DNA of 63,443 bases, counting the filler, from Sphacelaria rigidula (taxonomy: Eukaryota): assembly GCA_964200075.2 (NCBI GenBank). It is 11 parts of 11 records of this genome, joined end to end, with 100 filler letters (N's around TTAATTAATTAA, not from the genome) between each part and the next. Parts side by side here need not be neighbours in the genome. Positions count along the whole stretch, not along the records: positions 1 to 5,677 come from CAXNAA020025327.1; positions 5,778 to 11,454 come from CAXNAA020025328.1; 9 more parts are not named here. The stretch is one strand, 5' to 3'. The position numbers and the translations under genes are program-made. The notes beneath the pieces were generated by a model. That model was not told the DNA's origin. It searched no databases and saw only the letters and a program-made list of their open reading frames with translations. Each line of letters opens with the position of its first letter. Positions within the stretch are counted from its first letter, which is position 1. Positions 1-11,554 of this stretch are shown in pieces.

Positions 1-495
1 CGCCCCCACAACACCAACTTGGGTATTGTGATTTGAGCACGGTCTGCTTATTTTGCCAAAATTATCGACGGTAGCACTTTCGAGTGCTCATGGAAAATGT
101 TATGCGAAAACAAACCGAAGAGAGACAACCCGCAGAAAATGCTAGACTGAGATCTGTGTAGTATAGGAGGGAAACACGATCTCAATCGTTTTTGTGAAGA
201 TTTGAATACGTATTCAGTTATCTTAATATTTACCGTTTAGTTGCGGAAGAGCCGGAAAACGGTTGGTATTGGGCCAAAAATGATCAATAACACCCTCCTG
301 ATAAACGGGGTATCTACTCCGTATCGCCACAAAAACACCAACTTGGGCAGTTTGAGCGCGGCCTACGCTTTCCCCCTAAATCTACCGGCGCCAGCACTTT
401 CAAGTAGTAATGAAGAATACCACCCGAGAAAACTCGAAGACTACAACAACTACGAATTCTCAAGACTTCTGATGCTGCCTACTATAGTATTCTAG
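1..495 (+). repeat. Dispersed repeat; inverted homolog of 12640-13137 (internal/subterminal part of the TIR element in contig 3)
   Basis: ACACCAACTTGGGTATTGTGATTTGAGCACGGTCTGCTTATTTTGCCAAA matches the reverse complement of 13078-13130, and the match continues to about 495/12640. It contains a diverged internal direct repeat (about 9-100 vs 335-420). Confidence 0.85.
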
Positions 496-914
496 ATGCT
501 AGCATGGTGCAGCAAATAGTCGAAAGTCATCAGCCGGTGATATTATTCAGGGGGTGGTATACACCGTCGCCTGCGGCATGTGTGAGGCAGGGGTGTTGCT
601 GTGGTATCAGGGTTCAATTGGCACAAAAGCGTACAGCGAAAAGTTGATGCCTGCTTTGTGCAGTATTTCAGGGTAATGCTCGTCGTCATTAACCTATCGG
701 CCGCGTGGTTTTGCGTCTTGAATGTCTGCCTGTGTAGTCCCTCATGCCGGTAGCTTGTTATAGCTTGTAATATGTCCAAGGCTTAGTCTCAAATTGATGG
801 CCGGTGAATGTAACATGGCTCCGGTCAGAATGTGATAAACTGTTTGTAATCGGAGATTTGAAGGTCGTTCATGAAAAAAGTTCACCCTCTCCATGTCACT
901 TGAGTTGTCTTCCT

Positions 915-1112
915 TCTCTTTCGCTGTCGTCAGTCCTCATGAAAATGCATTCCACAACGGCCAAAGGGCACGGGATTTTACAGCAGTCGCCACACCCTTT
1001 TTCCTCTCTATGAAACTTTATCTGTTTTCGCTCTCTCCCCTGTCGTGTTTCCCCATGAAAATGCACTGCATAACAGCCGAAGGGCACGGGATTCTATCGC
1101 AGCCGCCACACC
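915..1112. repeat. Diverged tandem duplication, about 117-bp period
   Basis: CATGAAAATGCA..C.CAAC.GCC.AAGGGCACGGGATT.TA..GCAG.CGCCACACC occurs at about 938-997 and again at about 1054-1112. Confidence 0.8.
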
Positions 1113-1611
1113 GACATCACGACACAAAAGAAGCTCGTGCTACTTGCTGTGCGCAAGGCCAAACACCACAGGCTTATGGTGAGCGAGTTGTTGCTAATTT
1201 GACATATGTGAGAGCGAGGTAGGCCGCGGCCAATTTGAGACTAGTTGTGTCGGTGCGATGTTTTTTTTATGGCTTTTATGTACGAATGCGCACGTTCTGG
1301 ACATCCGATACTTTGTCCTGGGTCAAGTGGTTGAGATGCATCGGCATGTCCGGACCAGGGTCGGTTCGAAAAATCGCGCTTGGGCATAGTAGGTTTTTGC
1401 AAACGTGCATGAGTGGTTTGCGCCACTGTTTTGTTGGGGAAGTTGACTTCAAAACCTCAGGTGATGGCCGCGTGTTCTTGATCACCTTCCGAGTCGCCTG
1501 GCAGCGTTTTATCCAATGGGCTGGTGTGATGTGCTGCTGTAGACTTGCCCTAGCCTGAGGTGCTGTGATGGACGTTTATGGGCAGTCATGCTGACCTTGG
1601 GTACGTCTATC

Positions 1612-1705
1612 CTGTGGATATTGACTACGGCTGGATCATGACTGCTGGGGGATGACTCAATGTACGACAATCAATCGAATCAAATTTTTTAATCAACCAA
1701 TCCAA
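1612..1705 (+). mobile_element. Non-LTR retroelement 3' tail ending in (AATC)n-like repeats; related copies at 35750-35835 (+), 20890-20958 (+), 5283-5590 (-)
   Basis: A shared GAC(T/C)ACG(G/A)CTGGATCATG...GACAATCAATC motif is followed by short-repeat tails typical of RTE-clade LINE/SINE ends. Confidence 0.6.
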
Positions 1706-1774
1706 TGCTCACGTGTGGAGCATATCCGGCTTTTGGGGCAAATGGACGTCAACTCGCCATGATGCGTGCGGCAG

Positions 1775-3739
1775 GTCATCACGCGACCGAACACGGGGAC
1801 CGCTAGTTACGAGATGGATTTGATGGACCTGCGGGAGAAGTACGAGAGAGTGCCAGATGAAGAGGACAAAATAGTCCATGTGCAGCGAGAGTGGACACGG
1901 GTACGATTTGCACAGAGGCACTCTATGAAGTGTGGATGTACTCGTCGTAGACACCATGGGAATGAATGTATGAGACGAGATGGCAGTGCACAAGAATTTT
2001 TCTATGCTTTCCTGTAGCTTTGTTGTGGGGTCGCTTGATCTGATGCGAACGTTGGGAGATTTCCGTGACTTTTTTCGATAGCACTCGCTGCCGAGCCGTC
2101 GAAGGTAGCCGTCTACCCCCCGTGACATTCATCCCCTCTTTGAATCGCTCCGGGGCTTTCAGGTGCTCCTTGCCCGGTGTAATGATCATCAGGCGATCAT
2201 CTGTGTAATGTAATTCGATGTCGCGATTGCCTCGCGGAGTCATGAGGGGGTGTACGGCACGTCGCACACTCCGTGGTGCTTGCTTTGAGCCCATGCAATC
2301 ACATCCAGATTAAACCACTGTATTCCACCCTTCCCCACCGTGAGTGCATGTCGGCAATTTTGTCAGAGTTTTAGGTTACGGCGGACAGTATTTGATCGAT
2401 TATTTGTGTACTCATGCTCACTCATTTGCACTGTCCGTTGTTCAGGCGTACGACGCATCTGACGGTGCAGACTACAGAGGCTCGCGCAAGATAACGCTGG
2501 GACTGCTGTCAGGCTCCCTGCTCCCGCTGTGGTCGGCGTTGGAGAAAACGGTGGTGCAGTGCCGCGCAGACATGACGCAGGCAGAACAGGCTCTCAAGGT
2601 GATGCAGCAGTCATACTACGTATCATACACTTCCATTCCCTCGGTGTCGAGTTTCGGCGGCGCGATTGTGAGTGCAACTGTGTTGTTTGATGGGTGTTTG
2701 ATGGTGCAATTATATGTTTCGTTTCCAGCTCTGTCCACGCCTTCTTTACCATCGAAGATATTGTTGGTGCGGCAGAGGAAACAATCTGACACAGCTTTGG
2801 TCGAAAAGTACTTCGGCAGCACTTCAAATGGTGAATTGGATACCCTACGCAACCAGGCAATACTACAAATTTACTGTTCTACTTGTGGGAGTTCAGCGGT
2901 TGTTCTTTGAATACTCTTAATATTACAAAAACACCAGGTTACCGCACCACGACCATGTTAGTATCCCGTGTATGCCCGTGTTTGCGTTGAAGCTGATCCG
3001 TCGTCGAGCATACCCTGTACTACACTCGACACAATTCTCACTCGTTTTTTGCAAGCCTACCACAGATGTTGAGGTTGGAGCCCCGGGTACATCAGATGTT
3101 TCGTGGACGATACACGCCGTTTGCACTCCAAATCTTCATCTCTCCGGCTTATGTCCGCGGTCCCCGCGACTAACTGCACCCCAATTTCAGGTGTACCGCG
3201 TGATCCTAGACGACGGGCGGAAGCTGGTCGGCGTGCGTGTGCCCACAGCAGCTCTTGCATCCCTGAGGCAGCACCTGAACGAAGCCGTTCAGATCCGAGA
3301 GACAGTCGTGTCGAATGTCGGCGGAGGGACAATCGAGTCGATCACCCCGCTGGACCTTGCACTCCTCAAGAAGGCCAAAACCGCACCCAAAACCATGCAC
3401 TCCTTCTTCTTTCGCATCCCCAGCGCATCATCACCATCCCCATCTCCAGGCTCTGCCCCACCGGGTGCGGGAATGCTTGACAAGAAGAGGAAAATGGAAG
3501 GCACAGGGTCCGGGTCCGCGAGTGGGTCGGGTAAGAAGAAGAGCAGGGGGGCGGGTCTTGAAAGGGGAGGAAGGGTGGCGAAGGGGGTGGCTGCTTTGTT
3601 CGGGGGATCCGTAGCGGCACGAGGGGCAGGGAAGAGTAGTGAGGTCAGCAGTGTAGGGGGCGGGCGTGGCAATGATGTCGTGCTGACTGATGTTCGCGAG
3701 TCCCGTGAGATTGAAATCATAGATATTGACGATGATTAG
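1775..3739 (+). CDS. SBNO: Strawberry notch family (SBNO/FORGETTER1-like) protein, last three exons: 1775-1900, 2446-2598, 3191-3739
   Basis: Phase-0 GT-AG introns join VITRPNTG...LREKYERV...W / AYDAS...GSRKITLGLLSGSLLPLWSALEKTV...LK / VYRVILDDGRKLVGVRVP. This parallels the SBNO C-terminus (YRPNTG...KKYKKV...VLCGSVLSVW...IVRLRTEDGQRIVGLIIP). Stop codon TAG ends at 3739; the 5' part is absent. Confidence 0.85.
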
Positions 3740-4797
3740 ACACGACCGATCCGTGTTCGCTGCAGTATCTTAGTGTTTGCCCTGTTCAGTTTGGCGACAA
3801 TTGGTCACGAGGCTTACCGCATTGCGGTTTTCGTACACATCCAATTAGATGTCAGCCCAGCCTATGTTTTGTTGTATGTGTTTCCCCCCAAGTGTGTCGT
3901 TGACAAGGAGTAGATGTGAGTTCGAACATGTGATTCGATTATCTCACTTACTCCAGTCGAGCTTGTTTATTGTATCTGTGTAGTTTACGCGGCGGGCGGT
4001 GTCGAGCTGCAAGCAACCGTTTCCTTGAAGTGAATGTGAATGGAAAGGGGGGCTGCTTGCCTCGAGTCGCCTCCGCGCTGTTGTGGACGCAATGTCGTGT
4101 CGATACGCGTGATGGATCTCAATCAGGGCATTTCTGGGTTGTTTGTTCTTGTTTGAATTGGAAAAAATGGGAGCATTGCGAGAGGACGCAAAGGCGGCAA
4201 GCTGCGGAAAGTATTGGCATGTACCCCGGTCATGAATGCTCGTATGGGCAGTGCTTCATGTGTGTGTGTACAGTATCATGATGGAATATCGTGAGGTCGC
4301 CTTACCCATCACCCTGCCAAAAGTCTTCGTTCACTCAACCAGTATGTGTGTGTTTGCCGAGTGACGTACGTGTGCGTAGCTTGTAGGACGCAAAATGCAG
4401 GTTTAGGTTATCGATGCAATGAATACAAAGTCATCTCCAACCCCTCTCATGCATGCGATCGCTGGCGACGAGTTTCAATGGGCAACAGCGCGCGGCGCTG
4501 ACAATAGTGCAGGCCAGCTCTTTTACCATCGTCCGTTCATACCTGACAGGGAAATACTGCGCATAAGGTAGCGTGCACTTTCTGGCCCTCCTTTTGTACT
4601 ACGTAGAGTACCAACATACCGTAAATATTGTAGTTCTGAAGAGGACGTCGGCCATGTCGAGTGAATAATAGGACCGTTATTCGCCGTGACTTTCTTGTGT
4701 GATTTTTATTAAATGATAAATCTCTCAAAAAAAGTCAGCCACGCTTTCTCACTTTCGAATTTGAACCTTACAAGAACCCAAAGGCGTTGGATTTTCC

Positions 4798-5677
4798 TAG
4801 AGATGGGCCTCATGGACAGAATCGGAAACCCGTTTTTTTTCTTCCATCAGGGTATCTTGTGGACTTCCTAGAGTGTGCAAATCTGGCTGACTGACGAGGC
4901 TGCTTGGAAAGTCGATTTTTTGTTTCCTGAATGTGATAAATTTCATGGACGGATACGTGACACGTGAACGTGAACGTGACACGTTCGTAAAATTTAACGT
5001 AACGTGACACGTGACGCGTGTCACGTTTGGAAAATTTAACGTAACGTGAACGTTACGTTAATCACGTTGAAAAAATTTAACGCAACGTTTCGTTACATGT
5101 AACGTAATATGTAACGTGACATTGACACGTGTCACGTCCGAATGTATGGTGTCATTTTATGCATACCGCGGCTCATTCACCAGTGTTGGAGGTGTTTTGA
5201 CGTGTCGTGCAACGCGTGAAGTCACCGTGTACGTGGCACTGACGGTCGCCCGTCGTATGTTTGATAGTAGGCGCATTACCTGAGACCCCCCAGGGGGTCC
5301 AGCCGTGGTCTCATGATAGACGTAACCAAGGAAAACGAAACTGAAACACGCTATAAGGGGAAAAAGGGGGGGGGAAGGAACAGAAGAAAAAAAAACAGGA
5401 ACAAAAAAAAGAGAGGGGTCGAACAGAACGACACAGTAGACTAGGCCGTGGCATAAAAAATAAAAAGTCAACACAAGCAAAGCACAGAAAGAAATGGCCG
5501 ACCTAAAACCAGAAAAAGGAATACAAGGGGAAAGTACAAAGCAATAAAAATTAAATACAATGAAACGATGGATATATATATATATATGTAACGTTACACG
5601 TTACATAATACGTTATTTGAACGTTTGGGCAATTTAACGTAACGTGACACGTGACGCGTGTCACGTTCGTAAAATTT
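4798..5677. mobile_element. Probable hAT-type transposon end with ACGT-rich subterminal repeat array, interrupted by a retroelement tail (5283-5590)
   Basis: Starts TAGAGATGGG, a hAT-like terminus. Dense AACGTGAC/ACGTTAC/GTGACGCGTGTCAC motifs lie at 4955-5140 and 5588-5677. Confidence 0.55.
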
Positions 5678-5777
5678 NNNNNNNNNNNNNNNNNNNNNNN
5701 NNNNNNNNNNNNNNNNNNNNNTTAATTAATTAANNNNNNNNNNNNNNNNNNNNNNNNNNNNNNNNNNNNNNNNNNNN
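5678..5777. other. Artificial contig-joining spacer (N44-TTAATTAATTAA-N44); identical spacers at 11455-11554, 17232-17331, 23009-23108, 28786-28885, 34563-34662, 40340-40439, 46116-46215, 51892-51991, 57668-57767
   Basis: Ten identical 100-bp spacers with stops in all six frames. They separate segments of 5677 bp (x7) and 5676 bp (x4). Confidence 0.99.
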
Positions 5778-5789
5778 GGGGGAGGGGGG

Positions 5790-5860
5790 GGGGCGTTCTC
5801 ATGTGTTGCTTGCCTTAGTCGTCTGACCATTGACCACGCATCCCTTTCGAGACGGAGCAC
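5790..5860. repeat. Highly conserved ~70-bp dispersed repeat flanked by G/C runs; copies at 17332-17383, 22940-23008, 46216-46282
   Basis: CGT(T/A)CTCAT(G/T)TGTTGCTTGCCTTAGTCGT.TGACCATTGACCACGCATCCCTTTCGAGACGGAG occurs four times, always at or near a contig end. Confidence 0.9.
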
Positions 5861-6155
5861 AAGGGGGGGAGGGGGGGTAATGGAAGAGGATACACAACAG
5901 AAGAAGACGGGCTGGACATCAACAACAGAAGACGAGAAACTGGGACATGACACACCACCAGATCCTTCTGTGAAGATAACAATAAGAGCTCGCGCCTTGT
6001 GAGCATACGACCAGACTAGGCGAATGCTACGCCATTCTGAGATAATGGTATGCTGACAACTACCAAAACATTCACGGCGACTCGGTGTCTCAACACACAC
6101 GATTCCCCCCCCCTCTCTCGCCGAGCTTATGTTCCAACAACAAGCTAATTGGCAC

Positions 6156-9100
6156 CTTCGGGACGCCCTTGAGATCGGCGGTTTTGACCCGCGTCGAAGT
6201 TGATCCTGACCTACCCCGCACTTCCTTCCCACCCGATTTCCCTCCCGCGATCCTCTTTCCACCTTTGCGGCCGCCGCGGCCACCGCCGCGACCGCCGCGG
6301 CCACCACGGCCGGCACCTGCTCCCTTCTTGCCTCCCGTTACATCGGGCACAGACGTCACCGCCTTGCCGGATCTCTTGCTCTTGCCCACAGGAGTCCCCA
6401 GCTTTCCCCGCTTGGCCTTTGGCGCAGCTCCTTCGACTCCCGATGTTTCTCTTTTCTCTCCGGCTCCATCACGTTCCCCGGACTTCATCCCGGACGCCAA
6501 AGATGCCGCAGCCGCCGCTGCCGTTGCCGCTGCCTTAGTGCGCACCCCCTCTCCGCCCTTGCGCTCATCGCCAATGGCTTCAGCCTCTGCAAGCATTGGC
6601 TGCGTTCCGTCATCGGCAGAACGGTGCGCCGCGTCTGCCGCCTCTTTCAGGGCCGCTGCCGCTGTCGCTGCCGCTGCCATCGCGGCTTTACTTGGCTTAG
6701 GCTTATTCTTGACGTGCGGCGGATCGATGATTTTAGCCCCAGGAGTACGGGCGGCACAGAACGCGTGCACGAAGGTGACACCACGGACGCGCAAGAAGGC
6801 GCCTCCCTTGCGCGGGCACAGCGTGCAGTTAGGGTTCGTGACGTTGGCTGTGCAGGGGGCGCATTGCCACTTGCTCGATCCCACTGAATGTTTGGAGCGG
6901 GCGGAGGGGAGGGGAGGACTGAGCGGACGACATCTAGATGGAAATTGCGGTATGCTCTGGAGATCAATATCCGCCGTTTGCATGATGGACAGGAACAAAA
7001 ACACGATCCACAAGAAACAGACCAAAGTGGTGGTGCGATCTAGCGAAAGCCCCATAGATATGAGACAACACAGACACACGCACCTTCCCCGAGAAGATAT
7101 AAAATGAAGATGAAAACAAGGGAGATACATCAATCTCGCCAAGTAACATCGACCCCAGGGCGCACAAACAAAACAATCGAGTCGGCTCAACATTAATCCC
7201 GTACATTTCACGACAGGCATACTATGGAACAGAAACACGCACCGTGTTTCACGAGCATCCGCTTACCTCCGACGTCATCGGCGATACCGTAACATGCCCT
7301 GTGCACTTGAACTCCGCACGTTGCGCATTGCACAATCGTCCCTCCCTCCGCCTTCAGTTGTTCCTCTCGCTCTTGCGCGCCTACCTCGCTCATGAGGACA
7401 GGCGCTCGCAGCTCTAAGCACACAGCGCACGCGTACTTGTCGTAACGGTCTTTTTCCAGCGGCTTCGGTCCAGACATGCGTATTGAGCTTTGTTGCTCAG
7501 CCTTCTTCTGGCCCTGATGATTCCAGTTGTCCAGTGACACGAAACCGTGCATATTTTCGTCATCTTTACGGCGTTGCCATTATTTTTCTCAACAGCAGTG
7601 CGTTGCACGTTTCGAAGTCGGTCGTTAGTGGTGGGTAGGGAGTGGAATAGATTGACGAGCTGTGGCCTGTGCGCGTGCGTCAAACCCCTCCACTTTGAGA
7701 AGCACGGTAGGTGGTTCCATGTGAGTGATTAAAAAAAAACATTTCAAGAACAGATAAATAGAACTCGAAAAAGAGGTGTATATCAACCAGCGGGGGGGGC
7801 TTGTTTCGCAGCTTCCCCTTGCCTCCCTCTTGATTTTTCGGCTCAGGATCAAAAATATTTCACCTCAACCCACAAGATGTTCAGGGTACTCTTCAGGCAA
7901 CTAACACAGCTGGAGAAGTGGCCTCGTGCACGAATATACTTGCTACCTGACTCGATCTTCTTGTACCCGTTTTCTTCGGGGTTGTGGAGATGGGTGGTCT
8001 CGAAGCAACTCCACCGTTCGGCCGATTTCTCCCTGCTTTTGTGTCACAAATCAACTCGAATTCCGATCGACTCCCGGTTGATCCTCGCTGGTCTCTACAA
8101 ACGGGGCATATCAGAAGTCTGTGCCTAGTCACAGACGATCATCACTCGAGTCACTGTCGGTTTCAGCGCCTTACAGCATGTGGTAGCCTACATTCTCGGA
8201 TATAACACTGACCTTCTTCTTTTTTGTGGACTTCTCATCTCCCTTCTTCACCTTCTTGTGCCAACCGAGGCCCGCCTGTGTTGGATTGAACGGAACGCAG
8301 TGATTACACACAAACACAGACATGATTATATATACGTATACAAAGAAGTTCGGAAAGAAACTTAGCTACGAAAGTAGCTACTTGACAAGCTCTCGAGACA
8401 AGAGGTCAGACCCCAGCGGTGCCACCAAAGCTACGGGAATATCACCGTGGACGACCAGCGTAGAATACGTTGCTTCAACCAGTTGTTGCGATAACCACTA
8501 CAAACGAACGATTTGCCAAGCCTGACATAAGAGCACATGAAGGCAAGTACAGCTCCATTCAAGCAGCACCGAAACTCCCCGAACGATTTCCTGACATTCC
8601 GACATTATACGTGTCAACAAAGTTCGCCTAAACATTCTTCTTCATACTTAAACGCTAAAATGAGCCTGACACTACGCAGGCCCACACCATCACAATACGA
8701 AACCGGACCAACTACAGCACTCACCGGAACCCGGTACTTCGATCTAAGCCTAGCCTGCTCGTTTACACAGGTTTCCAGCTCTCCCCTTGCTGACGATCTC
8801 TTCGAGTGATCCAGGCAGCGAATCTCCACCAGCATCGCGGAGGGAAACCCATGCTTCGGCTCTCCCGGCGCGGGCCAGCGGTCCATATTTCCGTGAATGT
8901 CACGAGCTCCCAGCGTGAACGACTCATCTGTGGTGGTAACCTTCACGTATGCACCCGCGAACCAGGCGCAGAGGAAGTGGAAACGGCGGCCGCAGACGGG
9001 GGTGCCGTGGCCACCGCACCCCTTTTCCTCGCCGTACCGTCGGCAACCGCCACCGCCGGCCCCGGTCTGAGTAATGCCACAATCGAGTAACACACCTTCA

Positions 9101-11062
9101 GAGGATCTGCAGAACATGCACTCTAGCTGTCGCTCAGGGATAGTAGCGGCCAAGAGCATTGCGTGTTGCTGGGGAGCAGCGGCAGATGCGGCGAATGCGG
9201 CGGCGGCTGTGGCTGCGGCTGCAGTGGCCACGGTCGGAACGGACGCGGTCGCCTGTACTTGAAAGGGGACGGACGGTATCGGGGTCGGGCTGGGCGCCGG
9301 CGGGGCAATGATTTGCGCTACATTCACGTTTCCGTGTTGCTGAGGTTGAGTAGTGGTAGAGCCGGTGGCCAGAAGAGTGCCGGCGCCCGCGGTAGCGTGG
9401 AGCCCGTATGAAGACAACGGCTGCGGTGGCGGTGGAGCACCGACAGTCCCTGCTACCGCCGCGTTCACAGGTGGTCTTGATCCAACGAATGGAACTCCCA
9501 CCTCCACCTCCATCGCCGCGACATCATTCCCCTGTGCACCGATTGCTGGTCCCGTCGACGCGCCACCCTCCACCGTCCCGGGGGCCGTTCCGGGCGGCAG
9601 GAGGGTCGCCGCGGCGGGCGGCATCGAGAGCGAAGCCGCCCATGGGATAGAAGCCACTGACGGCGGCTGCGGCGGGGCGAGAAGTGCTGCGAGAGACGAT
9701 GACGTCGGCTGGGGTGTTGAAGCCGGCGAAGCAACGGTCGGAGGAGAAACTTGCGCGGACGTCAGGAGTGACGGCAGCAGCGGCGGTGGAGGCGGTGGGG
9801 ATGGCGATGTAGACGAAAGCGGCTGAGGTGGTTCCGACGGGGAAGCTGATCCATCGTCCAGAGGCAAGAGTTTCGGCAGGGTGGTCGGGTCGAGGTGGAC
9901 CTGCGAACATTTTCCCAAGGCACGTAAAAGGTGTAGTGGTACGTGTGTAAGGGAAAACACGATCAGAAGGACTCAAGGGAGGGTATGTGATCAAGGAAGC
10001 AGGGAGGGTCGCCTTCAGTTGATACCCGAAAAGCACCCGTGTAGACACGTGTTACCAAGTTGCTACTGCGCCCGAGAGTGGATCGGTCATCGCGCCGCAA
10101 CACTCGCGATATCTCCTCGAGTGATCAAGGACTCAAGTCGGGAAGACGTGAAGAAAAAAAAAAAAAACACGTGAAGAAGTTGTGTGACATCTGACGATGG
10201 CGTAAAGACTCATGATGTGAGCAGCAGAAGTAATTACGCGTAAAACCCTTGACTAATAGCAGCAACACCAACAGCATCAGCAGCAGCGGAATAGCCGTGC
10301 TCTCTTTGGCAAGTATGGAAAAAAAATATCGGGAGACAGAGATGGCAACGAGATGTGGAGACGAAAAAAGAAAAAATGTCACGGGTAAAGGGCCGGTAAT
10401 ATGGAAGAACAAAACGAAAGAACTAAAAATGGAAAACTCGCCTTGGTGATATCAATCTTGGTTTTGCCCTCCAGGTCCGACATGCGGGCACCCGGGGCAG
10501 CCATGAGGCATGCGATGTGCACGAATCGCCCGTCGATCGTCCTCTTAAGGGCTCCATGTATGACAGGACACAGGACGCACTTGACACACGAAGAGGATAC
10601 GTGTTCTCCCCTGCCACGTGAGACACAGGGCAAGGCGGACAAGACGGAATGGAGTGTTACGGGGCGGTTACGGGATAGGCGACTAAGGCAAAACAAAAAC
10701 AAAAAAAGCGTCAACAAAAACGTGGAAATCAAGTACTACCACTACTGCTGCTACTACTACGGAAGAACTCACGAACTCTCCAGCTTGCCCAGCTCTAGAC
10801 ACCGGTCGCAAAAGAAATCCGGAATGATATCGCGCACTCCATAGCAACTCTGGTGAACGGATATACCGCAACCGTCGCAGTAGAGAATATGCTCGGAGTC
10901 ATTCGTGTCGCCGTCGAAGCAGGCCACACACACAGTGTCTTCCCTGTTGGACGCTTCAACACTTTCCTTGATCCTGGCACGATTAGTCTCCGCATCTACC
11001 TTACCGTCAGCCGCGTGCCGCCAGCCTGCGGGCTGACTGTTCACTTCATTCTCCAAATCAGT
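6156..11062 (-). CDS. PHD-finger chromatin protein with two PZP (PHD + Zn-knuckle/ePHD; BRPF/JADE/AF10-like) modules; internal exons 11062-10773, 10610-10442, 9900-8725, 7513-7267, 6883-6156
   Basis: Module 1: CVACFDG...CDGCGISVHQSCYGV...FFCDRC; CVLCPVIHGALKRT..FVHIAC; CMFC..GVLLDC...FHFLCA. Module 2: CAVC...QCATCGVQVHRACYGI...WQCAPC...CTLCPRKGGAF..FVHAFC. Splice phases are mutually compatible (2,0,0,1). The gene is incomplete at both ends. Confidence 0.88.
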
Positions 11063-11554
11063 CTGGCGACGTCAGAATATTCACGTCGAAAGAAATGGGA
11101 TGGAGGGGAGGGGAGGGGAGGGGGGGGTGTTGACAGCGTGAGAAAAAACACACACGCGCGCGCACACATCAATTACTCCGGATGTGCGCAAACTCCAAAA
11201 TCAGTATCATCCGATATTCGCTATCGTGATGAATATATCGAAGATCATGTCCCAAATTTCAATTTTCGGATAGCAAGCGCCGAAATTGGCCTGATATATG
11301 AAGTGTGATGTTATGATAAACTGATGTATCGATGTGAGATGATATCCAATGCACAGTCTCGACAAGTATACACGTAGGAGTAATCACCCCCCCCCCCCCC
11401 CCCCCCCCCCCCCCACCCCCCCCCCCGCCGCCAACCACCGCAAGCCCCCCCCCCNNNNNNNNNNNNNNNNNNNNNNNNNNNNNNNNNNNNNNNNNNNNTT
11501 AATTAATTAANNNNNNNNNNNNNNNNNNNNNNNNNNNNNNNNNNNNNNNNNNNN

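Noticed and set aside
5722..5733. TTAATTAATTAA recurring at a regular ~5.78-kb spacing
   Set aside because: It is an assembly linker embedded in N runs, not biological.
6085..7107. 340-aa plus-strand ORF, and similar antisense ORFs at 3289-3720 and 9353-9826
   Set aside because: They are antisense shadows of GC-rich exons of real genes.
1775..11062. SBNO and PZP genes as a chromatin-regulator cluster
   Set aside because: They are on different contigs, adjacent only because of length sorting.
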